33,826 nucleotides of DNA, from positions 1-33,826 of the forward strand of contig JAQBNX010000047.1 in the NCBI GenBank assembly GCA_028288385.1, read 5' to 3'. This document shows positions 1 to 9,004 of this stretch, piece after piece. The first letter of the stretch is position 1. Each line of letters begins with the position of its first letter. The DNA is from Spirosoma sp. (GTDB lineage Bacteria > Bacteroidota > Bacteroidia > Cytophagales > Spirosomataceae). The translations under genes were made by a program, and so were the position numbers. The notes beneath the pieces are model-generated. The model had not been told where the DNA came from. It saw only the letters and a program-made list of their open reading frames with translations, and searched no databases.

Positions 1-999
1 TACGGAACGGTCATTAAGCCGCTTTCCAATCGGGATGAATACGATATTGATCTGGTTTGTAGACTTCTAATTAACCAACATGCGGTATCCCAGCAGAGCC
101 TAAAAAAGATGGTAGGCGATCGGTTGAAAGCCCATAAGGATTATTTGCGCATGCTGGATGAAGAAGGTAGGCGATGTTGGCGATTGGATTATAACGAAGC
201 CGAACGATTTCATATGGACATTTTGCCCGCTATTCCAGATACATATGACTGGTTGTTACTGGCTGGAGTACCCGTAGAACTGGCTCAACATGCACTTTGC
301 ATTACCGATCGCGAAACATGGGGAACAGACATTGATTGGCCCAGAGCTAATCCGGAAGGATACGCCCGCTGGTTTTATTCACGGATGAGCGTTGCATTTG
401 CCCTGGCACAGCAAACGCTGGCCAATGAGATGCGGATGAAGGTAGAAGATGTACCTGCACACCGGGTAAAAACAGTCCTTCAGCAGGTTGTACAATTACT
501 GAAACGTCACCGGGATATCATGCTTGGCGATGATGAAGATAAACCAATATCAATAATTATCACGACGCTGGCTGCCTGGGCATATCAAAATGAAACGGAT
601 TTGCTTTCTGCAATGAAGAACATTTTAGCCGCGATTCCCAGCTTAATCCGTTTTGAGCGAGGTGTGTTTATTGTTGAAAATCCAGTCAATCCATTAGAGA
701 ATTTCGCTGATAAATGGGAAGGTAACCCAAAGAAAGCTGAGAAATTTTTCACCTGGGTTAATCAGGCTCAGCTTGATTTTAACAAGTTAGACAAGTTACG
801 AGGCTTACCAAATGTAGCCGTCAATCTAAAAGCGCATTTTGGTGAAGATATTGTCACCCGGGCCCTAAATTCCTTAGGTGATGAGACACGCCAAGTACGG
901 GAATCAGGAAACTTGTCAATGGATCGGGGTACGGGCTTGTTGTCAGGTGCCGCAGGCGGCATCAAAGTTTCCAATCACCATTTTTATGGCTCACGATAA
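1..999 (+). CDS. CBASS cyclic oligonucleotide synthase (CD-NTase/SMODS), CdnG-like; 5' end lies outside the window
   Basis: Frame 1 is open from base 1 (YGTVIKPLSNRDEYDIDLVC, carrying the DxD catalytic motif). Later motifs: RCWRLDY..FHMDILPAIP (third Asp), NPEGYARWF, LLKRHRD..DDKPISIIITTLAA and NPVNPLENFADKW. The C-terminus is HHFYG-SR. The ORF track start at 109 is internal. The clade call is from memory of the family. Confidence 0.9.
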   Translation, partial: YGTVIKPLSNRDEYDIDLVCRLLINQHAVSQQSLKKMVGDRLKAHKDYLRMLDEEGRRCWRLDYNEAERFHMDILPAIPDTYDWLLLAGVPVELAQHALCITDRETWGTDIDWPRANPEGYARWFYSRMSVAFALAQQTLANEMRMKVEDVPAHRVKTVLQQVVQLLKRHRDIMLGDDEDKPISIIITTLAAWAYQNETDLLSAMKNILAAIPSLIRFERGVFIVENPVNPLENFADKWEGNPKKAEKFFTWVNQAQLDFNKLDKLRGLPNVAVNLKAHFGEDIVTRALNSLGDETRQVRESGNLSMDRGTGLLSGAAGGIKVSNHHFYGSR

Positions 1000-1387
1000 A
1001 GGGCAGCGGGTGCCATTACCTACTCAGGGTGAATTGCTATGCCGGGTTATGCCAGGCAGCAAATTCACTCTGCAGCGGGACGAATTACGCTGGTGGGGGT
1101 GGGTCACTCCGAGCCTTATCAGTCTGACCTATAAAGTTAGGTTGACATACCGTATTGGCCGTCGGCCTGCTGTACAGGTCATGGATCCTTTGCTAACCAC
1201 CTTGCCCAATGTTACTCTTCCCCATACGTATGATGGGGAAGAACTATGCCTTTATTTTCCTGATGGGAAAGAATGGCATGACGGGATGCTTCTGGCTCAC
1301 CGTGTTCTTCCCTGGATTTCAGAATGGTTATACCACTATGAAATCTGGCTGGTTACCAAACAGTGGAATGGCGGAGGAATTCATTGA
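986..1387 (+). CDS. Stand-alone prokaryotic E2 (ubiquitin-conjugating-like) protein of type II-short CBASS, 133 aa
   Basis: LPHTYDGEELCLYFP (His...catalytic Cys) and C-terminal WISEWLYHYEIWLVTKQWNGGGIH. The ATG at 986 overlaps the cyclase 3' end and is preferred over the track start at 878. Confidence 0.8.
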   Translation: MAHDKGQRVPLPTQGELLCRVMPGSKFTLQRDELRWWGWVTPSLISLTYKVRLTYRIGRRPAVQVMDPLLTTLPNVTLPHTYDGEELCLYFPDGKEWHDGMLLAHRVLPWISEWLYHYEIWLVTKQWNGGGIH

Positions 1388-1461
1388 CTTCCAACGCTGA
1401 AAAATGTATGATTTAGCCGAAAGGCTAGTGTTAAAAGCTATACCATCTACTAACTAATTCA

Positions 1462-2508
1462 ATGGCAGACTTACAAACCCAGTTCGAGCAGTTTAATAAG
1501 ACCATTTGTTTGGGCCGTTTTGAGGAAGAGCAGACTCTACGGGATAAACGCGACATTGTACGTAAAAAAATCGAGGATTATCTTCCAGCCGTTTTTGAAA
1601 AATATGGAGAAACATGTCCAGAGTTTTACTTCCGTAACCAGGGTTCTTATGAGCTGGGAACAGGGATAAAGCCTTTGAACGGTGATTACGACATTGATCA
1701 GGGACTTTATTTTTTATGCAGCAAAGAGGATTATCCTGACCCGGTTACGTTAAAGAAACGAGTCCATGAAGCCTTAGAGGGTCACACGAAAGATGTTCGG
1801 ATTCGCCGTCCATGCGTGACTGTATTTTATCAGAAAAATGGTGAATATGTCTATCACGTTGATATCGCTATTTACTCAGCCGGGAATGTAGATGGAAAGA
1901 CCTATCTGGCTACAGGTCGACTGAATTCATTAGCTATTAATCGAGAGTGGCTTGCGGATGACCCAGCCACATTGGCTAAATTACTTAGCGAACGTTTTAG
2001 TGGCAATGACCGTAAGCAATTTCGACGTATTCTACGCTATCTAAAACGTTGGAAAGACTTTAATTTTAGCAAGGCTGGCTTTGCCTCTCCACGTGGTGTT
2101 GCTCTTTCCGTGGCTGCTTACTACTGGTTTTCCCCAGCTTATACGGACTGGTTCAGTGGCAAAATGAATGACTTAGGGGCTCTAAAATCCTTGGTCAAGG
2201 CTATGATTGATAATTTCCAGACTATTTCCTGGGTTGATTCTATTCGACGTCTGACGGTTAAATTACCTGTCGAACCAAATAATGATCTATTCGCCAAGAT
2301 GACCGATAACCAGATGAAAACGTTTGAACAGAATTTAACAGATCTTTATGTTATGTTGGTTAACGCTGAGCAGGATGCGGATCCAGTGACTGGCAGCCAA
2401 TCGCTACAAAACAAATCATTTGGTGCTGATTTTCCAGTACCTGCGAAAACCCAGACGGCTCAACGTTCTGCGACCACGGGTATAGTTGGGGTACACGAAT
2501 CAGCGTAA
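1462..2508 (+). CDS. Second CBASS CD-NTase (SMODS), CdnB-like, 348 aa
   Basis: QGSYELGTGIKPLNGDYDIDQGL (GS...DxD), HVDIAIY and RYLKRWKD. Extended C-terminal tail ending in HESA (terminal Ala, compatible with Cap2 conjugation). Confidence 0.92.
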   Translation: MADLQTQFEQFNKTICLGRFEEEQTLRDKRDIVRKKIEDYLPAVFEKYGETCPEFYFRNQGSYELGTGIKPLNGDYDIDQGLYFLCSKEDYPDPVTLKKRVHEALEGHTKDVRIRRPCVTVFYQKNGEYVYHVDIAIYSAGNVDGKTYLATGRLNSLAINREWLADDPATLAKLLSERFSGNDRKQFRRILRYLKRWKDFNFSKAGFASPRGVALSVAAYYWFSPAYTDWFSGKMNDLGALKSLVKAMIDNFQTISWVDSIRRLTVKLPVEPNNDLFAKMTDNQMKTFEQNLTDLYVMLVNAEQDADPVTGSQSLQNKSFGADFPVPAKTQTAQRSATTGIVGVHESA

Positions 2509-2511
2509 AAA

Positions 2512-4254
2512 ATGACTAGCAGCCCCAATCCGGAGTTAGAAACAATAGTACATAAATTACTTGAAGCAGGAAGTTTATCAGGAACATGGGTGCGTCTTAT
2601 ACCCTTACCTCGGTTGTACAAAGAGCGGGGAGCAGAAGCAGCTATACGGGGAGAGATAGATATTGATGGACAACCTATTATGGTAGATGTTGGATTCAAG
2701 TCGTCTTTTCCACTCAGTGTACCACTTGTTTATATCCAACCTGCCAATGCGCTTGGCTTTATTCCCCATCTTGAAGCAGATGGTTATGCGTGTTACGTTA
2801 GAGGGGATGGTCAGTTCGTAAATTATCATCAGCCAGCAGCTGTGGTCCGGGATGCTTTACAAAGAACCAGAGAAACCTTGTCACGCGGGTACCGGGGAGA
2901 AAATACGGTCGACTTCACAGACGGATTCGCAGAATACTGGAGCCGTTTACCTAACACAGGGTGGATACAATCTCTGGTAAAACCGTCAGAATCGTTTAAG
3001 AAAATCATTCTGGCTACAGGTTCGCCTAACAAGAAAAAACAATCAATTTACTTAGCCGACGACGAGCAAACGATTCGCTCGTTTTCCCCCCAATTGCGGG
3101 ATGAGGTATTTAATGTAAAAAAAGCATTCTATGTTCCTCTGGAAAAGGGAATACCTTTAATTCCGCCCTCTTTTGGCGCAATGTGGTCTCTTCAGGATAT
3201 TCATCAGATTATCAAATTACATACATCCGAAAAAACAAAACACAATCTCCAGCGCGCTACGCGCAAGTGGAAATCAGTTGAGACAGTTATTCTTGGATTG
3301 CCCCGGCCAGGCGGTGACTGGGCTTTATTCGGCATTACGTTTTCTGGGGTACAATATGCTTATCCACTTTGTGAAGCTTCATTGGTTCATAAAATACAGC
3401 CAATTATTCTGGACCGTCTGGATCGGGGCTATTTAATGGCGCGCGGAGGTAGTTCATTGAACTTACAAACCAAACATGTCGCTATAATTGGTTGTGGATC
3501 AGTTGGTGCATCTGTGGCAGTAGAATTAGCACGATCGGGAGTAGGACGTCTGACGTTAGTTGATAAAGACGTGTTAAGTGCAGAAAATGTCTTTCGCCAC
3601 CCTGTTGGTCAATATGCAGTTGGGTTGTCAAAAGTAGACGCAGTTAAGAGCGATTTGGAACTTCGGATACCCTACATTCGGGTAACTGCTATTGCTGAGC
3701 GAATCGAAACGTTGATCCGTACAAAGAAATTTGCCTGGTCAGACTTTGATTTAATTGTTATTGCAACCGGCGAACCAACAATAAACCTATATTTAAACGA
3801 GTCTCTCCGGAGAAGAAAATCCAGCCCACCAGCGCTTTATACGTGGTTAGACCCCTATGGTATCGGTGGACATACATTACTTGAGCAATATCATGACCAG
3901 CCCGGCTGCTTACAATGTATTTATGAGTTTACGGAGGATGGTTATTTAGCCAATCGGGCTTCTTTCGCCTTACCAGGCCAATCATTTCTGAAGGATTTAG
4001 CTGGTTGTGGCAGCTTGTTTACGCCTTTTGGATCATTAGATGTGCTGCGTACAGCCGAACAGACAGTGCGCATGGCCTTAAATTCTTTAGCCGGCAAAGG
4101 ATCTAACCAAATTTGTTCCTGGAAAGGTGATAGTACCATTTTCCAAGAAGGGGGTTTTCAACTCACTTCCCGATATGAATCTACGGAACAGGAGTTAATT
4201 AATCAGCGGACGTCTTTTCATCGTACTGATTGTCCCATTTGTCATCTTAACTAA
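2512..4254 (+). CDS. cap2: CBASS Cap2 E2-E1 (ThiF) fusion ubiquitin-like transferase
   Basis: N-terminal E2 motif IPHLEADGYAC. ThiF/E1 motifs IIGCGSVG and DKDVLSAENVFRH, Zn ligands CLQC and CPIC, and GCGSLFTPF. Starts 3 bp after the cyclase. Confidence 0.9.
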   Translation: MTSSPNPELETIVHKLLEAGSLSGTWVRLIPLPRLYKERGAEAAIRGEIDIDGQPIMVDVGFKSSFPLSVPLVYIQPANALGFIPHLEADGYACYVRGDGQFVNYHQPAAVVRDALQRTRETLSRGYRGENTVDFTDGFAEYWSRLPNTGWIQSLVKPSESFKKIILATGSPNKKKQSIYLADDEQTIRSFSPQLRDEVFNVKKAFYVPLEKGIPLIPPSFGAMWSLQDIHQIIKLHTSEKTKHNLQRATRKWKSVETVILGLPRPGGDWALFGITFSGVQYAYPLCEASLVHKIQPIILDRLDRGYLMARGGSSLNLQTKHVAIIGCGSVGASVAVELARSGVGRLTLVDKDVLSAENVFRHPVGQYAVGLSKVDAVKSDLELRIPYIRVTAIAERIETLIRTKKFAWSDFDLIVIATGEPTINLYLNESLRRRKSSPPALYTWLDPYGIGGHTLLEQYHDQPGCLQCIYEFTEDGYLANRASFALPGQSFLKDLAGCGSLFTPFGSLDVLRTAEQTVRMALNSLAGKGSNQICSWKGDSTIFQEGGFQLTSRYESTEQELINQRTSFHRTDCPICHLN

Positions 4255-4746
4255 ATGGAAACGAAGTGCTCTGATTTACTATTTGCTGACAATATAGGGA
4301 ATTTCAAATTACCCGGGCTAGTGGTCAATCAGATGCATCGATACAGGCAGGTAAAATCTAATATGCCCGAATCCGGTGGTTTGTTACTGGGTCGTTTTAT
4401 CATAAATAGCCCGGATGTTGTGGTTGATGAAATTACGACGCCATTACCTACCGATCGGAGTAGCCGGTTTCATTTTCGGCGTGGATCTTATGGCCACCAG
4501 CAAGTAATAAATGACCGTTGGTTTCAAAGCGATGGGACTTGTAACTACCTGGGCGAATGGCATACACATCCTGAACCTAATCCCGTACAATCGACGCTTG
4601 ACATTGCGAGTTGGCAGATGCAACTAGATCGCTTACCTGCAAACCAGAATGAATTGTTTTTTGCCATCCTCGGCACAAGTTCCATTGCTGTTTGGAAAGC
4701 ACTTCGTCAGCCTTTTTCCTATTATCAACTTATTCTGCTACCCTAA
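4255..4746 (+). CDS. cap3: CBASS Cap3 JAB/MPN deconjugating isopeptidase
   Basis: ESGGLLLG and YLGEWHTHPEPNPVQSTLD (E...HxH...S..D JAMM motif). Abuts cap2. Confidence 0.92.
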   Translation: METKCSDLLFADNIGNFKLPGLVVNQMHRYRQVKSNMPESGGLLLGRFIINSPDVVVDEITTPLPTDRSSRFHFRRGSYGHQQVINDRWFQSDGTCNYLGEWHTHPEPNPVQSTLDIASWQMQLDRLPANQNELFFAILGTSSIAVWKALRQPFSYYQLILLP

Positions 4747-4757
4747 CAAATACAGGT

Positions 4758-6560
4758 ATGACAACTGCCACAAACGTAATGATTATACGCCAGTCAGGTT
4801 TGCGGGCTATAAGTGAGAACGAAGTACTGGAAGTTTTTAGCAAAGATGAAACACGTTTGGCGCAGCACCCTGTCCTGGTGGATATGCAAGCATATCCAAT
4901 TGAAGGGGGGGATTGGACTGAATCAGAAGGCTATATACTTAATGAAGCGCGTAAAATCCGTGAGTATGCGGACCAGAAAAAAAATGTTAAGATTGCCTAT
5001 TTTGGTATAGCTGAAGTGCCACATATTATTGCGCTGGGTGCATTTTTAAGTGATCAGTACCACGTGGATGTTTTTGGATGGGATCGCGATAAAAACTCCT
5101 GGGAATGGCGGGCAACTGAGAACACGCTTAATGTGGTTACGAATGATTGGCCTAAAATTGTACTTCCATTGACGGGTTCAGCAATTATTCGTGTCGAGCT
5201 ATCTGCTTTTGTTGCTGATGCAGATGTAGAGGAAGCTGTTGGCAAAGATCATTTAGCTGATATCCGGATTCATCTTGGAGATGGACGTACACCAATGATT
5301 GGAGCTGGTATCGTTCAGTCACCAGCTGATGTACAACATGTACGGGAAACTTTCCGGCAAGCATTAGCGGAACTTAAGCAGTATCGTCCGAATGTAAATT
5401 TAATTCATTTGTTTGTTGCCGCTCCTGTGCCAGTTTGTTTTGTAATTGGACAGGAACTACAGCTACGGAACAATATTCCCATTCAAACGTATCGATTCCG
5501 TATAGTCCCTGATCAGCCATCACAAAAAAAAGCAATCTATCTCACTGGCGAAGAAGCAGAATCCGCCACCAGAACACTAACGCCGAAGCAGAAAGCGAGA
5601 GCGCGAAAAATTCGTACAAACATCTGGCCTGAAGTTCTGAAACAAGTTCAGCATTATGCCGAGACCAGGAAACGGGAAGCTCGCGACCAAAAGCGTATTT
5701 GGTTCGAGTATCTAACTAATCATGAAGACCTAATAATTGCCAATCCATTTCCCCGGCTTCCACCTATCTGGGAAGTTGTTGATCTTAAAGACACCGTGAG
5801 TAATCACCCAAGACCTACTGAATATGGGCATCCTACTGATTCAAATGAATGGGAATTAAGCGATTCACTGCTTATTGATTTATCGAATGCCTGTCGCGAT
5901 GATGATGAATTGAAACAACTCATCCGATTATTCTTATTCCACGAATATCTGCATATCCACCATTCGCTTAATAAATACAATGTAGAGCTGATTGGCAGAT
6001 TTGCCAACTGCCTGGAAAAGCTTGATTATGAGGCAGATTTATACGCATTGCTGCATCAACTTGACTATACATTATTCTATGAACCGGAGAAAGCGAAAAA
6101 ACGGGAAAAAGAATTTCTGGAAGAACAATTAGATCTGATTCTTCGATCTACCTGGGCATTCGTACAGGGAGCAACGGTCAACCGACCGCAGGTAAGGGCA
6201 GTCAGGCGTTTGCTAAACTGGTATTGGCGTCATGTTCAGGTTCAGCGGGCCGACAGACTCGTCGTTGCACTGGCTGTCCTATCAAAAGCCCCTACTATCG
6301 AATTAATAGGCCCCATGCTATCTGTTGGGAGTAGCCGGGTCTATATGTCCATGGTTGACCTTGATAAAACTGTGGAATTGTCATTGGGTATAGTCTTAGA
6401 AAACGAGAAATTTCTCCGGCGTGAAGATGCAGTTAATTTTAGTTTGAAGAAGTTGTTAGATGCCTTTCGAACTCGTGATCATAATTCGATTAAGAAGTTC
6501 TTTTTAGGCATTTTTGAAGAAGCGAAAGAGAAGAGCGGATCGCTTCCTGCTATAGATTAG
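4758..6560 (+). CDS. CBASS effector: N-terminal SAVED domain plus C-terminal HEXXH zinc-metallopeptidase-like domain, 600 aa
   Basis: SAVED half-motifs IAYFGIAEVPHIIALGAFL and IHLFVAAPVPVCFVIGQEL. C-terminal LFLFHEYLHIHH...LEKLDYEADLYAL. ATG at 4758 is preferred over the TTG at 4692, which overlaps cap3. Confidence 0.8.
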   Translation: MTTATNVMIIRQSGLRAISENEVLEVFSKDETRLAQHPVLVDMQAYPIEGGDWTESEGYILNEARKIREYADQKKNVKIAYFGIAEVPHIIALGAFLSDQYHVDVFGWDRDKNSWEWRATENTLNVVTNDWPKIVLPLTGSAIIRVELSAFVADADVEEAVGKDHLADIRIHLGDGRTPMIGAGIVQSPADVQHVRETFRQALAELKQYRPNVNLIHLFVAAPVPVCFVIGQELQLRNNIPIQTYRFRIVPDQPSQKKAIYLTGEEAESATRTLTPKQKARARKIRTNIWPEVLKQVQHYAETRKREARDQKRIWFEYLTNHEDLIIANPFPRLPPIWEVVDLKDTVSNHPRPTEYGHPTDSNEWELSDSLLIDLSNACRDDDELKQLIRLFLFHEYLHIHHSLNKYNVELIGRFANCLEKLDYEADLYALLHQLDYTLFYEPEKAKKREKEFLEEQLDLILRSTWAFVQGATVNRPQVRAVRRLLNWYWRHVQVQRADRLVVALAVLSKAPTIELIGPMLSVGSSRVYMSMVDLDKTVELSLGIVLENEKFLRREDAVNFSLKKLLDAFRTRDHNSIKKFFLGIFEEAKEKSGSLPAID

Positions 6561-6615
6561 TTGAAATTGAACTAAAATAGTGACTATTTTGTGTTTTTAC
6601 CACAACGAAACCGCT

Positions 6616-7992
6616 ATGTTAGTTCATTTCCGAATTAGAAACTTCATGTCTATCCGCGACGAGCAGATCTTTAGTCTCGTTGCCGTTTCCGGTTTAAAAG
6701 AGCAACAAGAGCATTTATCTAATAATTTGATAGTAGCCACTGGAGAGCTTGATGTATTACGGTCGGCAGTCGTATACGGAGCTAACGCTAGTGGCAAGAG
6801 TAACTTGCTACGGGCCATAGAATTTTTCATTGATAGCATCACACTTGCCCCTCCAACCGGCTCAGCAGTTAGTTCGTACAGTCCCTTTGTGCTTGATCAG
6901 AAATCGCCCGGCGAGCCCACTTTATTAGAAGCCATATTTGTTATGAATAATGTGGTTTATCGATATGGGTTTGAAGTGCAACAGCAAGCTGTTATAGCAG
7001 AATGGCTCTTTATCCGGCGCAAACAGGAAACGTATGTTTTCGACAGGTCCAGTGTTGAGCTACGCATAAACAGACCTTACAAAAAACTGATCGAACTTCA
7101 GAATAACAAAATGGTAGCGCAGACAGCACTGCTACTAAATTTAGGGGCGCTATTTAATGACGAAACCTGTCAAACTGTTCAGAACTGGGCATCCGATGTA
7201 CGTTGTATACAAGGAACGGAAGACTATCAATTCCGAGATTACACTATTCAATATTTAGAAAAACCCGAGAACAAACAACGTATATTAAATCTGTTACGGG
7301 ACGCCGATCTAGGGATTGAAGATATTGAACTAATACGACCTGAAAAAAAGACATTAACCGAGGTTGTGGTAAAACCAACTAAATTTTATGGAGGAGACTG
7401 GATTCCATCAAATCCAACTGCATTGACTGAATACCTTCAAGGCTCTTATAGGATGAAGACGAGCATCCAAAATATTGGATTAAAATCAACCAGGGTATTC
7501 TGGGATGCGAGAACAAGTCAATTTAAATCCATATCGATGCCATTCAATTCGTTTGAATCCCAAGGCACCCAAAAATTTTTTAATCTTATAGGGCTTATCC
7601 TATGGCATTTAGACAATGGCGGTGTTTTGATTGCAGATGAATTAGATACGAAACTGCATCCACTATTGACGCAACGAATAGTGCAGCTATTCAACAGTTC
7701 TTTGACCAATCCCCGAAACGCTCAGTTTGTATTTGCCACGCACGATACCAATTTATTAAGTGCTGGCCTTTTTAGGCGGGACCAGATTTGGTTTACAGAA
7801 AAGGATAGTCTTGGGGCTACTCAACTTTATGCGCTTACCGACTACAAACCTGGTGGTAAAACTGTTCGGAACGATGAACAATTAGAAAAAAATTACATTG
7901 CCGGAAAGTATGGGGGCATTCCCTATCTAGGCAACTTTGATGCTCTTTTTGAACGAGATCCAATGGCAGAAGAAATCCCTGCACATGAGTAA
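6616..7992 (+). CDS. AAA_21/ABC-type ATPase, RloA/AbiLi-like
   Basis: FRIRNFMSI, Walker A GANASGKS, signature ESQGTQK, Walker B IADELDTKLHP, ATHD and RRDQIWFTEK. The ATG at 6616 is the likely start. Confidence 0.88.
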   Translation: MLVHFRIRNFMSIRDEQIFSLVAVSGLKEQQEHLSNNLIVATGELDVLRSAVVYGANASGKSNLLRAIEFFIDSITLAPPTGSAVSSYSPFVLDQKSPGEPTLLEAIFVMNNVVYRYGFEVQQQAVIAEWLFIRRKQETYVFDRSSVELRINRPYKKLIELQNNKMVAQTALLLNLGALFNDETCQTVQNWASDVRCIQGTEDYQFRDYTIQYLEKPENKQRILNLLRDADLGIEDIELIRPEKKTLTEVVVKPTKFYGGDWIPSNPTALTEYLQGSYRMKTSIQNIGLKSTRVFWDARTSQFKSISMPFNSFESQGTQKFFNLIGLILWHLDNGGVLIADELDTKLHPLLTQRIVQLFNSSLTNPRNAQFVFATHDTNLLSAGLFRRDQIWFTEKDSLGATQLYALTDYKPGGKTVRNDEQLEKNYIAGKYGGIPYLGNFDALFERDPMAEEIPAHE

Positions 7993-8617
7993 ACCATCGC
8001 ATAGGGAATACTCAATCCATCGGAGGCCTGCATTTCGTCCTGAACGAGAGTCCTTTCTTATTTTGTGTGAAGGTGAAAATACAGAGCCTCTATACTTCAA
8101 TGCCTTTAGATTGACAACGGCTACCGTTCGAGCATTACCTGTTACAACAGGTGATGCCATGGCAGTAGTGCAGGCTGCGATCAAACGTCGTAAGATTGAG
8201 AATAATAATGGCAAAGAATATGACCATTATTGGGTGGTTTTTGATCGGGATGAGACACCTTCAGAAACTTTTAATAACGCCATTAGAGTGGCACAATCAA
8301 TTGGTTTTCAGGTAGCTTATAGCAACCAGGCATTTGAACTGTGGTTTTTACTACACTATGACTATGTATCGGGTCCACTGCATCGAAACCAATATGCAAA
8401 TCGATTAGGCGATTTGATTGGCTTCCTCTATAGCAAACATAAAGATACTGCACGCATAATGTTTCAGGTACTACTGGAGCGACAACAACTAGCGATTGAG
8501 AATGCCCAGCGTTTATATGCCCAGTATGACAATGGATCAGGTTACCGAAACCCGGCTGAAGAGGAATCAAGTACGACTGTTTATCAATTAGTAGAAAAAC
8601 TTAGATCATTCATGTAA
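7985..8617 (+). CDS. rloB: RloB/AbiLii-like TOPRIM-fold protein
   Basis: LILCEGENTEPLYF, WVVFDRD, AYSNQAFELWFLLHY and STTVYQLVE. Overlaps the ATPase stop by 8 bp. Confidence 0.88.
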   Translation: MSKPSHREYSIHRRPAFRPERESFLILCEGENTEPLYFNAFRLTTATVRALPVTTGDAMAVVQAAIKRRKIENNNGKEYDHYWVVFDRDETPSETFNNAIRVAQSIGFQVAYSNQAFELWFLLHYDYVSGPLHRNQYANRLGDLIGFLYSKHKDTARIMFQVLLERQQLAIENAQRLYAQYDNGSGYRNPAEEESSTTVYQLVEKLRSFM

Positions 8618-9004
8618 TCGAGCTATAGATGGACTAGACTGTTCAGTTAAACCTCATTATGTCCGAAAACGTTGAACGATTAAACTAAACGGGTTTATTG
8701 GACGCAAAAAGGCCCGTTTTTGGCTTCTTCCCTCCTACTCTATTACAGTTCACAAAAACCTCTGATTAATTGCCCTCAAGTTTTTTGCTCATTAGCTGGG
8801 TATGCGCTGGATGTTAGTCGTTAGGCGATTTATCAATGTATCAAGGGGTAAGGCCCTGTCTAATCAGGATGGGAAAGGTATCGCGTTCGTGGTCGATGCG
8901 CTGGTGATCAGGCGGCAAGAGCCGGTTCACTTTTTCACCAGTACGCTGACTACCTGACAAAAAATCCCCGTTTTTCAGGATATACATTTAATGCAAATCG
9001 CTTT

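Larger units (their letters stand above)
1..8617 (+). other. Anti-phage defence island (2x CBASS plus AbiL/RloAB-like)
   Basis: Eight co-oriented, tightly packed defence-family genes. Visibly more AT-rich than the tra region. Confidence 0.85.

Noticed and set aside
109-999. ORF-track start of the first cyclase at 109
   Set aside because: The frame is open to base 1 and the catalytic DxD lies upstream of 109, so the gene is truncated by the window edge.
4758-6560. Calling the effector Cap4 or Cap5 (nuclease-SAVED)
   Set aside because: SAVED is N-terminal and no HNH/Zn-finger or PD-(D/E)xK motif is evident. HEXXH...ExxD/AD fits a peptidase better.
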